A stretch of 63,902 bases of DNA from Steroidobacteraceae bacterium (GTDB lineage Bacteria; Pseudomonadota; Gammaproteobacteria; Steroidobacterales; Steroidobacteraceae), in contig DATBVX010000125.1 in assembly GCA_036515135.1 (NCBI GenBank), positions 1 through 63,902 on the forward strand, read 5' to 3'. The notes under the pieces are model-generated. The model was not told where the DNA came from and searched no databases. It saw only the letters and a list, made by a program, of their open reading frames with translations. Of this stretch, positions 47,831 through 56,976 are shown piece after piece (the first letter of the stretch is position 1; every line of letters starts with the position of its first letter). Position numbers and translations under genes: made by a program.

Positions 47831-48637
47831 ATGGCCACCGCCAGCTCAAGCTTACGCGTGCGGCCCGCGGCCGTCTCGGGCCTCTTCTATCCGGACGACC
47901 CTCGCGAGCTCGAGGACGCGCTGCAGGCGCTGTTGCCCGTTGACAACGTCGAGCGCCCCGCGCCCAAAGCCCTGATCGCCCCGCACGCGGGCTATGTCTA
48001 TTCTGGCCCGACCGCTGCGGCTGCTTTTCGACTGCTCAAAGCTGCGGCAGCGCGGATTCGCCGCGTGGTGCTGATCGGGCCGAGCCACCGCGTGCCGTTT
48101 CATGGATTGGCGGTGCCCTCGGTGGATGCCTTTGACACGCCGCTCGGACGCATTCCGATCGACGTCGAGGCCCGGCGCGCGCTGCTCGAACTGACACAGG
48201 TACGGCTCACCGATTCGCCCCACGCGCAGGAACACAGCCTCGAAGTGCAGCTGCCGTTTCTGCAGGCGATGCTGAAAGGCTTTGTACTCTTGCCAATCGC
48301 AGCTGGCGATGCCATGTCCATGGAAGTCGCGGAGGCACTCGAACTCGTCTGGGGCGACCCCGAGACGCTCGTCGTCGTGAGCACGGACTTGAGCCACTAC
48401 CACGACTATGAACAGGCGCGGCTCATCGATCGCGCGACCAACGAAGCCGTGCTCGCGTACTCGTCGCGGATCGACGGCGAACAGGCGTGCGGCTGCGTCG
48501 GCCTCAACGGATTTCTCGCCGTCGCGCGCCGGCGCCGGATGCGGATCCAGCTCGAGGATTTGCGCAGTTCGGGCGACACGGCCGGCGATCGCAAGCGCGT
48601 CGTGGGTTACGGCGCCTGGTCACTTTACGATGCTTGA
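47831..48637 (+). CDS. MEMO1-family protein (AmmeMemoRadiSam system protein B)
   Basis: ATG 47831. VSGLFYPDDPRELEDAL, APHAGYVYSGPTAA, HSLEVQLPFLQ. Confidence 0.85.
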   Translation: MATASSSLRVRPAAVSGLFYPDDPRELEDALQALLPVDNVERPAPKALIAPHAGYVYSGPTAAAAFRLLKAAAARIRRVVLIGPSHRVPFHGLAVPSVDAFDTPLGRIPIDVEARRALLELTQVRLTDSPHAQEHSLEVQLPFLQAMLKGFVLLPIAAGDAMSMEVAEALELVWGDPETLVVVSTDLSHYHDYEQARLIDRATNEAVLAYSSRIDGEQACGCVGLNGFLAVARRRRMRIQLEDLRSSGDTAGDRKRVVGYGAWSLYDA

Positions 48638-49184
48638 CGCTGCCGCGCGTCGTGCGCTGCTTAAGGCTGCGCGGGCTTCAATCGAGCAGAGCCTGCTCTC
48701 CGGTTCACGCGCTCTGTTTGCACAAGCAGACTTTGCGCCACCGCTCGTCGCGTGGCGCAGCACTTTCGTCACGCTGATGATTCGCGAGCGGTTGCGTGGT
48801 TGCTGCGGGCGGCTCGAGCCCGAGCGGCCGCTGATCGAGGACGTCTGGCACAACGCCTACGCCGCTGGCTTTGAGGATCCGCGTTTCGATCCATTGGCCG
48901 CACATGAGCTCTCCAGCCTGCAGATCGAGGTATCGATCCTCTCGCCACTCGAGCGGCTCGTCGTTCGATCGCACGAAGAGCTTCTCGCCGCGTTGGTGCC
49001 GGGACGGCACGGTCTCGTGCTCGCCGCCGGCGGCGAGCGCGTGACCTTCATCCCGCACGTTTGGGAAGGTATCCCGGATGCCGTGACCTTCGTGCGCGAA
49101 TTGCGACGCAAAGCGGGCTGGCCCGACGAGGGCTGGCAAGCCGATCTCGAAGCTTGGCGGTTCGAAGCCGAGTCGATTCCCTAG
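48630..49184 (+). CDS. AMMECR1-domain protein (AmmeMemoRadiSam system protein A)
   Basis: ATG 48630, an 8-nt overlap with the Memo gene. LRGCCGRLEPERPL, FEDPRF, HGLVL. Confidence 0.85.
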   Translation: MLDAAARRALLKAARASIEQSLLSGSRALFAQADFAPPLVAWRSTFVTLMIRERLRGCCGRLEPERPLIEDVWHNAYAAGFEDPRFDPLAAHELSSLQIEVSILSPLERLVVRSHEELLAALVPGRHGLVLAAGGERVTFIPHVWEGIPDAVTFVRELRRKAGWPDEGWQADLEAWRFEAESIP

Positions 49185-49898
49185 TTAGAATAATTTCGCG
49201 ATCGTCGCCTGCATGCTCTCGGCGGCGGCGCGCGGATCGGCGGCATCGCGGATCGGGCGGCCGACGACGATGTAGTCCGCGCCATTCATGAAGGCCTGTT
49301 CGACACTGACGACGCGCTTCTGGTCGTCGGTTGGACGGTTCTCGACCGGGCGAATGCCGGGAGTCACCACCAGCAAGCGATGATCGACATGTTGCCGGAT
49401 CAACGCGGCTTCGAGACCCGAACAGATCACGCCGTCACAACCGGTTTCCAGCGCGCGGCGGGAGCGTGACACCACGAGTTGCGCGACATCGCCGTCGAAA
49501 CCGAGATCATCAAGATCGCCGCGATTGAGACTGGTGAGCACGGTGACGGCCAGGATCTTGACGTCGCCCTTCGTTTCCGCGGCCGCCTGCATGATCGACT
49601 GATAGCCGTGCACCGTGGCAAACGTGATGCCGCGGCCGCGCAGGCGCTTCACGGCCGCCGCCACCGTCGCCGGGATATCGAAGAACTTGAGATCAACGAA
49701 GATCTTCTTGCCCTTGCCGACCATCCAGTCGAGCAGCTCGAAATATTCGCCGGCCGCGAAGAGCTCGAGCCCCATCTTGTAGAACTGCACCGCGTCGCCC
49801 AGTCGATCCACCAGCCGGCGGGCGCTGTTCGCATCGGGCACGTCGAGCGCGAAGATTAGCCGCTCGCGCGGCGGGATTTCGGGGTGGGGAATACGCAT
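49185..49898 (-). CDS. pyrF: Orotidine-5'-phosphate decarboxylase
   Basis: LIFALDVPD and FVDLKFFDIPATVA (the D-x-K-x-x-D motif). Its stop abuts the convergent AMMECR1 stop with a 0-nt gap. Confidence 0.9.
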   Translation of the reverse strand: MRIPHPEIPPRERLIFALDVPDANSARRLVDRLGDAVQFYKMGLELFAAGEYFELLDWMVGKGKKIFVDLKFFDIPATVAAAVKRLRGRGITFATVHGYQSIMQAAAETKGDVKILAVTVLTSLNRGDLDDLGFDGDVAQLVVSRSRRALETGCDGVICSGLEAALIRQHVDHRLLVVTPGIRPVENRPTDDQKRVVSVEQAFMNGADYIVVGRPIRDAADPRAAAESMQATIAKLF

Positions 49899-49910
49899 GG
49901 GTGCTTCTAC

Positions 49911-50021
49911 GGTTGACGGTTGACGGTTGACGGTTGACGGTTGACGGTTGACGGTTGACGGTTGACGGCGGGGATTCTTGATGCTCGGTTCTTACTGTCA
50001 ACTGCCAACCGTCAACTGCCA
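49911..50021. repeat. Eight perfect tandem GGTTGAC heptads plus inverted partner arm
   Basis: Array 49911-49966, exactly 8 x 7 nt. Partner CTGTCAACTGCCAACCGTCAACTGCCA at 49995-50021. It lies in the 131-nt dgt-pyrF spacer, and the array ends 12 nt from the pyrF ATG. Confidence 0.9.
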
Positions 50022-50029
50022 TCCTTTCT

Positions 50030-51196
50030 TCACGTTCTCTCCGCGGGTTCGAATAATCTGCGGTGCTCCAGGATAGCGTATCGATCGGTCATTCCGGCGA
50101 CATAATCCGCGACTGCGCGTGCCTTGCCCGACTCGGCTTCGTGCTCCGCGAGCCGGCGCGCTGTGTCGCGATGCTCGGGCGGCATCAGGTTGAGGTCTTC
50201 CATGAACGCGGCAAAGAGTTCGCGCAGCATGCGCTTGGCCTTCGTCGTCATCCGCTGAACCTTGTAGTGCTGATAGACGTGGGCGCGCAGGAAACGCTTG
50301 AGCTCGACGTGTTCCTCTAGGGTTTGCGGACTGAAGCCCACCAGTGGCGCGCCATGATGACGTACGTCGTCAATGCTCTGCGGCGCCGCTTTCTTCAGTG
50401 CCGCCTGCGTCGTCGTGACGAGGTCGGTCACAACGTAGTCGATCATGTGGCGCACAACCTCGTGCACCAGCCGGCGCCCGCCAAGGTCGGGATGCTGCGA
50501 CTTGACCTTGTCGTATTGGCGGCGGAACAGTTGCGCTTCACGCAGCCCCTCGACCGTAATGAGGCCGGCGCGCAGGCCGTCATCGACGTCGTGATTGTTA
50601 TAGGCGATCTCGTCACCGAGATTCGCGAGCTGCGCTTCGAGGCCGGGCTGCTCTCGATTGATGAACCGTTCGCCCAGCGGGCCCAGGCGGCGCGCGTTGG
50701 CCACGGAGCAGTGCTTGAGAATCCCTTCGCGGCACTCGTAGGTCAGATTGAGTCCCGGAAAGTCGGCGTAACGCTCCTCGAGCTCATCGACCACGCGCAC
50801 CGACTGCAGGTTGTGCTCGAAGCCGCCGTGATCGCGCATGCATTCGTTGAGCGCGTCCTGCCCGGCGTGACCGAACGGCGTATGTCCAAGGTCATGTGCC
50901 AGACAGATGGCTTCCGTCAGCGGCTCATTGAGCTTGAGAGTGCTCGCGATCGTACGCGCGATCTGCGCGACCTCGAGAGAGTGCGTGATGCGCGTGCGGT
51001 AGAGATCGCCCTCGTGGTTGACGAACACCTGCGTCTTGTAAACGAGGCGCCGGAAAGCGCTCGAATGCACGATGCGGTCGCGGTCGCGCTGGTACTCGGT
51101 GCGGAAGCGCGGCGCGGGTTCCCGGTGGACGCGGCCGCGAGAGTGCTCGGGACGCGCAGCGTAGGGTGCGAGCGTCGAGTCGGCCGTGGCGTTCAT
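50030..51196 (-). CDS. dgt: dGTP triphosphohydrolase-like HD-domain protein
   Basis: SRGRVHRE..., FRRLVYKTQVF, RITHSLEVAQIARTIA, HDLGHTPFGH. Confidence 0.9.
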   Translation of the reverse strand: MNATADSTLAPYAARPEHSRGRVHREPAPRFRTEYQRDRDRIVHSSAFRRLVYKTQVFVNHEGDLYRTRITHSLEVAQIARTIASTLKLNEPLTEAICLAHDLGHTPFGHAGQDALNECMRDHGGFEHNLQSVRVVDELEERYADFPGLNLTYECREGILKHCSVANARRLGPLGERFINREQPGLEAQLANLGDEIAYNNHDVDDGLRAGLITVEGLREAQLFRRQYDKVKSQHPDLGGRRLVHEVVRHMIDYVVTDLVTTTQAALKKAAPQSIDDVRHHGAPLVGFSPQTLEEHVELKRFLRAHVYQHYKVQRMTTKAKRMLRELFAAFMEDLNLMPPEHRDTARRLAEHEAESGKARAVADYVAGMTDRYAILEHRRLFEPAERT

Positions 51197-52272
51197 GGCC
51201 CGAAGGATTCTCTCAACACTGCGGTCAGTGCCGCCGTATCGTATCGGTCGGTGATCTCGGCGGCACCGATTTGTCTAAGTAGAATCAAGTGGATACGTCC
51301 ATCACGCACTTTCTTATCCGCCTGCATGTGGGCCAGCGCCTGGGCGCTGCCGATCGACGGCGTGGCGAGGGGAAACCCCACTCGACCCACAAGCGCACGC
51401 ACCCGATCGAGATCGGCACCCGGCAACCATCCGAGCCGCGCCGAGAGTGACGCCGCGATCAGCATGCCGGCCGCGACCGCTTCGCCGTGCAGCCATTCTC
51501 CGTACCCGGTAGCCGACTCGATCGCGTGGGCAAAAGTATGGCCCAGGTTGAGCAGCGCCCGTGGACCTTGCTCGCGTTCATCCCGCGACACGATATCGGC
51601 CTTGATCTCACAGGATCTCCGGATCGCGTGCTCGAGCGCCTGTGGATCGCGTTTGAGCAGGTCATCCAGATGAGCTTCGAGCCAGCCCAGAAACTGGGCA
51701 TCGCAGATGAGCCCGCACTTGATCACTTCGGCGAGACCCGCGCGCAACTCGCGGTCAGGCAGGGTTCGCAAGGTTGCGGTATCCGAGATCACGCACAGCG
51801 GCTGATGAAAAGCGCCAATCAGGTTCTTGCCGGCCGGGTGATTGACGCCAGTCTTGCCGCCCAAGGAGGAATCGACCTGGGCGAGCAACGTCGTCGGCAT
51901 CTGCGCGTAGGCGATGCCGCGCTGATAACAAGCCGCGGCGAAGCCGGCGAGATCGCCGATGACGCCGCCGCCGAACGCCACGACCGCGCCATCGCGCCCG
52001 ATATGCGCCTCGATCAGGGCATCGAACAAGCGGGAAGCGGTCGCGAGCGTCTTGTAGCGTTCACCGTCGGGAATCGTTTCGATGCTCACGTCGAAATCCA
52101 CCAGGCCCTGGCGCAAGGCGTCGAGGTGCAGTCCGGCGACCGTCGGGTTGGTCACGACCAGCAGACGCCGGGCTGGGATGTGGCGAGTCATGAGCTCGCG
52201 TTGCGCGAGCAGGCCTTCGCCGATAAGGATCGGGTAACTGCGCGGGCCTAAGTCGATGTTGAGGTACTGCAC
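51193..52272 (-). CDS. aroB: 3-dehydroquinate synthase
   Basis: GTG 52272 gives 359 aa. Motifs GGGVIGDLAGFAAACYQRGI, GGKTGVNHPAGKNLIGAF, LNLGHTFAHAIE. The stop overlaps the dgt start. Confidence 0.9.
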   Translation of the reverse strand: MQYLNIDLGPRSYPILIGEGLLAQRELMTRHIPARRLLVVTNPTVAGLHLDALRQGLVDFDVSIETIPDGERYKTLATASRLFDALIEAHIGRDGAVVAFGGGVIGDLAGFAAACYQRGIAYAQMPTTLLAQVDSSLGGKTGVNHPAGKNLIGAFHQPLCVISDTATLRTLPDRELRAGLAEVIKCGLICDAQFLGWLEAHLDDLLKRDPQALEHAIRRSCEIKADIVSRDEREQGPRALLNLGHTFAHAIESATGYGEWLHGEAVAAGMLIAASLSARLGWLPGADLDRVRALVGRVGFPLATPSIGSAQALAHMQADKKVRDGRIHLILLRQIGAAEITDRYDTAALTAVLRESFGP

Positions 52273-52295
52273 GGGCCGGCGGAGTATAAGGCGGC

Positions 52296-52313
52296 GGTGC
52301 CGGACACGGCTTA
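52296..52313. repeat. Half-site copy of the 23850 inverted-repeat arm
   Basis: GGTGCCGGACACGGCTTA is identical to 23850-23867. It lies in the aroK-aroB spacer and includes the aroK stop codon. Confidence 0.7.
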
Positions 52314-52829
52314 GCGATCCTTGAGCAGCCGGTGCACGTCCTCGGCGACGGCCTGTACGCGCCTGCCGTCGGTCGAGATGGTGATGTCGGCGATCTCCGC
52401 GTACAACGGCTCGCGCTCGACCATGAGAGCGTCCAGGCGCTGCTGCGGGTCGGTATCGAAGAGCAGCGGGCGATTGCGGCTGTGGCGCGTGCGTTCGATC
52501 TGCTGGAATACGGAGGTCTTGAGGTACACGACGCAGCCGCGCTCGGCCAGCACGCGCCGGTTGTCCGGATCCAGCACTGCGCCGCCGCCCGTCGCCAGCA
52601 CGATGTTGTCGAGTCGCGTGAGCTGCTCGATGACCTCGCGCTCGCGCACGCGAAAGCCCATCTCGCCTTCCTTCTCGAAGATGAAGGGAATATCGACGCC
52701 GGTGCGGCTCTCGATTTCCGCGTCGCTGTCCTTGAACGTGCAATGCAGCGCGCGGGCGAGGTGCTTGCCGACCGCGGTCTTGCCCGAGCCCATCGGGCCA
52801 ATCAGGAATATGTTCGATTTCGAGACCAT
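52311..52829 (-). CDS. aroK: Shikimate kinase
   Basis: ATG 52829. NIFLIGPMGSGKTAVGKHLA P-loop and VLATGGGAV. Confidence 0.9.
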   Translation of the reverse strand: MVSKSNIFLIGPMGSGKTAVGKHLARALHCTFKDSDAEIESRTGVDIPFIFEKEGEMGFRVREREVIEQLTRLDNIVLATGGGAVLDPDNRRVLAERGCVVYLKTSVFQQIERTRHSRNRPLLFDTDPQQRLDALMVEREPLYAEIADITISTDGRRVQAVAEDVHRLLKDR

Positions 52830-52982
52830 GAGGGCGACGCGGCCGGGCTGCGGTGCATGGACGCACCGCGCCGTCGAACAAGAGTCACGCCTCTTGCTCA
52901 ACGGCGCAGAGAACGGTCACGAGGACCGTTTTCTGCGCATCAACCGATTGAGCCGCGTGCGATTAGACTCTTTCCGAAGGCG

Positions 52983-55160
52983 TCAGTACAGGTTGGCGCC
53001 CTCGCGCAGGATGCGCGGCGTGATGAAGATCAACAACTCGTCCTTGTTGTTGGTCTTGCTCTTGTTCTTGAACAGGTAGCCGAGAACCGGGATGTCGCCC
53101 AGCCACGGCACCTTGGTTTCGGTTTCGCGGTATTCGGTCTCCATGATGCCACCGAGGACGACGGTCTGGCCGTCGTTCACCAGCACCTGGGTGACGATCT
53201 CGCGCGTGTCGATCGACGGCACATTGGCTCCGCCGGAAGTCACGATGACCTGGCCGACGCTGTCCTTGTTGACTGTCAGATCCATGATGATGCGGTTGTC
53301 GGGCGTGATCTGCGGGGTGACGCGCAGCGCCAGCACCGCCTTCTTGAACTGAATGGTGGTCGCGCCGCTCGACGAGGATTCCTGGTATGGAATCTCCACG
53401 CCCTGCTCGATCACCGCTTCGCGCTGGTTCGCCGTGACGACGCGCGGTGAGGAGATGACCTCGCCGCGGCCCTCGGCCTGGGCCGCCGAGATCTCCAGAT
53501 CGACGATGTAATCGGAGTCGAGCAGCGTAAGGGCGATGCGGCCCGCCGGGTTGGCGACCGGCAGGTTAACCATGTAGCGATCCGCGACGCCCGGGATGAT
53601 TACGCCCGGCGGATTGCCGGCCGGCGCGTTGGCGCCCGGCTGCAGCAGGATGTCGTCATCCTCCTCGCCGACGCCGCTCGGACTGATGAACCCGGCGCCA
53701 TCGCTGCCGCCGTAGTCATCCGACACCACGTTGGCGCCGAAGCGCACGCCCAGGTTACGGCTGAAATCATCATTCACGATGACGATGCGAGCCTCGATCA
53801 GCACCTGGCGGATCGGGATATCGAGCGTCGTGACGAGGCGGCGAACGTCCTGCAGCCGGTCGGCGGTGTCCTGAATCAACAGCGTGTTGGTGCGCTCGTC
53901 GATGGTCACGCTGCCGCGCGCCGACAGGAGCGAATTCTCTGCCGAGGACTTGATGAGCCCGGCTAAATCGCTGGCCTTGGCGTAATTGACCTGCAGGTAC
54001 TCGGTGCGCAGCGGCGCGAGTTCCTGGATGTCCTTGCGAGCCGCGAGCTCCGCCTTTTCGCGCGCCGCCAATTCCTCGGTGGGCGCCACGATGATGACGT
54101 TGTCCTGACGGCGCTTGTCGAGGCCCTTGGTCCGCAACACGATGTCGAGCGCCTGGTCCCAGGGCACGTTCTGCAGGCGCAATGTCACGTTGCCCTGCAC
54201 GGAGTCGCTGACCACGATGTTCTGGCCGCTGGTATCGGCAAGCAACTGCAGGACCGCGCGCGTCTCGATATCCTGGAAGTTGAGGGTGAGCCGTTCGCCC
54301 GTATATTCCTTCTTGTCCTCGAGCTGGGCCGCGGTGCGCACGACCGGCTTGATCTCGACCGCGTACTGGTTGTCGGACTGGTACGCCAATTGCTCGAACT
54401 CGCCGCCCGCCGAAATCACCAGGCGCGTGCTGTCGCCGACCTTGAGCGCATCGACGGTCGAAATCGGCGTCGCAAAGTCAGTGACATCTAACCGGCGCAT
54501 CAGGTCCCTGGGCAGGTCCGCGCCGCCGAAATCAACCACCACCTGGGTCCCTTGCTGACGCAGGTTCACCGGCGTGCGCGGGTCGCTCAATTCCACGATC
54601 ACGCGCCCGGTGCCATCGGTGCCGCGGCGGAAATCGATGTTGCGAATGCTGCGCGGGCCACTGCTCGCGGCTGCCGCACGCGCGGTCGAACCCGAGGGCG
54701 GCACCGCAGCGGTGGTCTGCATCTGCGCACCGCCGATCGTGACCAGGATGTTGTTGCCGTCGACGCGCGTCTGGTACGGCATCAATTCATCGAGGTTGAG
54801 TACCAGCCGCGTGCGGCCACCAGCCTCAGCGGCGAGGATGGTGTCGACCCCGCCCGCCTTCACGTCGATGCGACGCGACTCGAGCGCGAGCCCCGTACCG
54901 GGAAGATCAATCGAAATGCGTGCCGGACGGTCGATGGTGAAGCTCAGCGGCTCCGGTGCCGGGCCATTGAGCCGCAACCGCAACTGCAGTTGCTGACCGG
55001 GCAGCGTCTGCACGTCGATGGCCTGCAGCTTCAAGCCTTCCGCAGGCTGCGCAGGCGCAAGGCCCGGCAGTGCGGCGGCCACCAGAACGAGGCAGACAGC
55101 GCGCGCGGCGACGCCCAGACGCGTACGCAGTGCCAGCCAGACCCGATTCATCCCGTTCAT
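52983..55160 (-). CDS. pilQ: Type IV pilus secretin PilQ
   Basis: ATG 55160 with GGGAG 8 nt upstream (alternative starts 55181 and 55151). Two AMIN-like N-terminal repeats, and a secretin C-domain (...VPWLGDIPVLGYLFK...LLIFITPRIL). Confidence 0.9.
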   Translation of the reverse strand: MNGMNRVWLALRTRLGVAARAVCLVLVAAALPGLAPAQPAEGLKLQAIDVQTLPGQQLQLRLRLNGPAPEPLSFTIDRPARISIDLPGTGLALESRRIDVKAGGVDTILAAEAGGRTRLVLNLDELMPYQTRVDGNNILVTIGGAQMQTTAAVPPSGSTARAAAASSGPRSIRNIDFRRGTDGTGRVIVELSDPRTPVNLRQQGTQVVVDFGGADLPRDLMRRLDVTDFATPISTVDALKVGDSTRLVISAGGEFEQLAYQSDNQYAVEIKPVVRTAAQLEDKKEYTGERLTLNFQDIETRAVLQLLADTSGQNIVVSDSVQGNVTLRLQNVPWDQALDIVLRTKGLDKRRQDNVIIVAPTEELAAREKAELAARKDIQELAPLRTEYLQVNYAKASDLAGLIKSSAENSLLSARGSVTIDERTNTLLIQDTADRLQDVRRLVTTLDIPIRQVLIEARIVIVNDDFSRNLGVRFGANVVSDDYGGSDGAGFISPSGVGEEDDDILLQPGANAPAGNPPGVIIPGVADRYMVNLPVANPAGRIALTLLDSDYIVDLEISAAQAEGRGEVISSPRVVTANQREAVIEQGVEIPYQESSSSGATTIQFKKAVLALRVTPQITPDNRIIMDLTVNKDSVGQVIVTSGGANVPSIDTREIVTQVLVNDGQTVVLGGIMETEYRETETKVPWLGDIPVLGYLFKNKSKTNNKDELLIFITPRILREGANLY

Positions 55161-55180
55161 TCTTTGCACTCCCGGTGACA

Positions 55181-55696
55181 TCAGTCCGTCAGGCCGATGG
55201 CGGCGGTTCGCTCCATATAGCCGCCCATCCCGTCGGGAACGATCTCGACCAACGAAATCTTCGAATCAGAAACCGAAACGATCTTGCCGTCGTTCTGCCC
55301 CATGTATTGTCCCGGCAGAACGCGATGTACGAGCCCATCCTTGGTCTGCACCAGGCCGAACGCGCGGCCTCCGAGCTTGAGCGTGCCCACCATGGCCAGC
55401 GTGTCGAGCGAGAACTGCTCGAGGAACTCACGATTACGCTTGGAATCCGGACGCACGCCGTCGCCGGGCCCGGCAGGCCTGGACATCGAGAACGGTGAAC
55501 GCTGATCGCTCGCGTTGTAGGCGAAAGACTCGTAAGGCTTGATCTCGGGCAGCGGCTCGATGCGGCCACCGGGCCGCTTCTTGACCTGCGCGACCCACCG
55601 CTCCAGCTCTTCCTGCTCGCTAGAGCAGCCGCTCACGCCGGCCGCCACCAGCAGGCCCAGTGCACCGAGCGCAATGATTCTGGTCCGGTCACGCAT
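55181..55696 (-). CDS. pilP: Type IV pilus assembly lipoprotein PilP
   Basis: Lipobox VSGCSS. PEIKPYESFAYNASDQRSPF. Confidence 0.85.
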   Translation of the reverse strand: MRDRTRIIALGALGLLVAAGVSGCSSEQEELERWVAQVKKRPGGRIEPLPEIKPYESFAYNASDQRSPFSMSRPAGPGDGVRPDSKRNREFLEQFSLDTLAMVGTLKLGGRAFGLVQTKDGLVHRVLPGQYMGQNDGKIVSVSDSKISLVEIVPDGMGGYMERTAAIGLTD

Positions 55697-55729
55697 GCAC
55701 GTGCTTCCGCAGTTGAGGTTGGCGCGCGC

Positions 55730-56413
55730 TCATGTTCGCTTGGCGGCGGGCTTGCGCCGCTCCTTGGCACCCTTGGCCTTGTCATCCTTCGCAGTGCCGG
55801 CCGCGTCTCCCTTGTCCTCTTCTTCCTCCAGGTAGCGATAGGTCTTGGCGGTGACGTCAAGCACCAGATTGTCGAAACCCGACTCCTTGCCCTCCGGTTT
55901 GATCTCGATGTTGTGCAGCGTAACGATGCGCGGCAGCGCCGCGATGCCGCTCACGAAACTGCCGAGCTCGTGGTAGTTGCCGGTGAGGCGGATCTTGATC
56001 GGGAGCTCCGCGTAGAAATCACGACGAACTTCGGTGGCCGGCTGGAAGAGCTTTTCCTCGAGGCCGGCGGCAAGTCCCGTCTGCGAGATGTCCACCAGCA
56101 GGCTCGGTACCTCGGTCTTGCCGGGAAGCTGCCGCAGCATGGCGCCGAACGAGCGTTCCATTTCGGCCAGCTGCGCCTTATAGGCTTCCAGGTTGGCCGC
56201 TTTCTTCTGCTTCTGCTCGAACGTCTGCCTGAGTTCGACCTCTTCCTGCTCGGCGCGCAGCAGAGTCGGTCGCTGGTTCTGCCAGACGAAGTAGTAGGCG
56301 AGACCGAGCGCCACGAGGACGAAAATCACGCCGATCAGCCCGAAGCGGAAGACAGGCGGCCAGCGGCCGATGTCGCGCCGGTCGAGCGATTGCAGCTGTT
56401 CAAGAAGGTTCAT
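55730..56413 (-). CDS. pilO: Type IV pilus assembly protein PilO
   Basis: Single TM, coiled coil and PilO core. It carries an unusual ~35-aa Lys/Asp/Glu-rich C-terminal tail. Confidence 0.85.
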   Translation of the reverse strand: MNLLEQLQSLDRRDIGRWPPVFRFGLIGVIFVLVALGLAYYFVWQNQRPTLLRAEQEEVELRQTFEQKQKKAANLEAYKAQLAEMERSFGAMLRQLPGKTEVPSLLVDISQTGLAAGLEEKLFQPATEVRRDFYAELPIKIRLTGNYHELGSFVSGIAALPRIVTLHNIEIKPEGKESGFDNLVLDVTAKTYRYLEEEEDKGDAAGTAKDDKAKGAKERRKPAAKRT

Positions 56414-56976
56414 TCCTCGGCCTCCTCGCCGGGCAGCGTGACGCCGACCTGGCTGGCGAAGAGCGTGAATTCACTGCCGAGTGCCGAGTCCTTCTTGGTC
56501 TCGACCACCTCGAGCTCGGGCTTGTCCATCCAGTCCGAAGCATCGATGTTGCGCATGAAGGCGGAGACGCGCGTGCTCGATTGGGCGATGCCCTTGAATT
56601 CGAGGCGCTTCTCGCTCTGCTTGATCGAGGTGAGATAGACGCCATCGGGGAGCGTGCGCACCAGCTGATCGAACAGGTGCACGACTTCGGGCCGCGAGCG
56701 CTGCAGCTTCTCGATGATCTCCATGCGGGCCCTCATCCGCTCTCGCTGGTTCTCGAGCCCGACGATTTCGGTGATCTGCTTGTCGAGCCCCTGGATCTCG
56801 TCCTTGAGCAGCTGATTGCGCGCTTTCTGTGCGCTGATCCAGCCGCTCATGATCAGGTTCAGGATCAGCGTGACGCCGATGGCGGCGCCCACCGCGCCGA
56901 GCGCCCAGAAAGCGAAATCACGCTGGTTCTTCTTGCGGCGTTCGGCACGCCACGGAAGCAGGTTGACTCTTGGCAT
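56410..56976 (-). CDS. pilN: Type IV pilus assembly protein PilN
   Basis: MPRVNLLPWRAERRK is the PilN N-terminal motif. 4-nt overlap with pilO. Confidence 0.9.
   Translation of the reverse strand: MPRVNLLPWRAERRKKNQRDFAFWALGAVGAAIGVTLILNLIMSGWISAQKARNQLLKDEIQGLDKQITEIVGLENQRERMRARMEIIEKLQRSRPEVVHLFDQLVRTLPDGVYLTSIKQSEKRLEFKGIAQSSTRVSAFMRNIDASDWMDKPELEVVETKKDSALGSEFTLFASQVGVTLPGEEAEE

Noticed and set aside
49911-49966. Tandem arrays considered as a possible CRISPR or phase-variation tract.
   Set aside because: The units are 7 nt with no spacers, so they are not CRISPR. The arrays are outside coding sequence, so classical frameshift phase variation does not apply. Expression effects on pyrF remain possible and are reported as a finding.
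51193-52881. 562-aa track ORF that could be read as a fused AroK-AroB protein.
   Set aside because: Only the C-terminal 359 aa (from GTG 52272) are AroB-like, and the N-terminal 200 aa are Arg/Pro-rich nonsense. The real shikimate kinase is in a different frame (52311-52829), so these are two separate genes.
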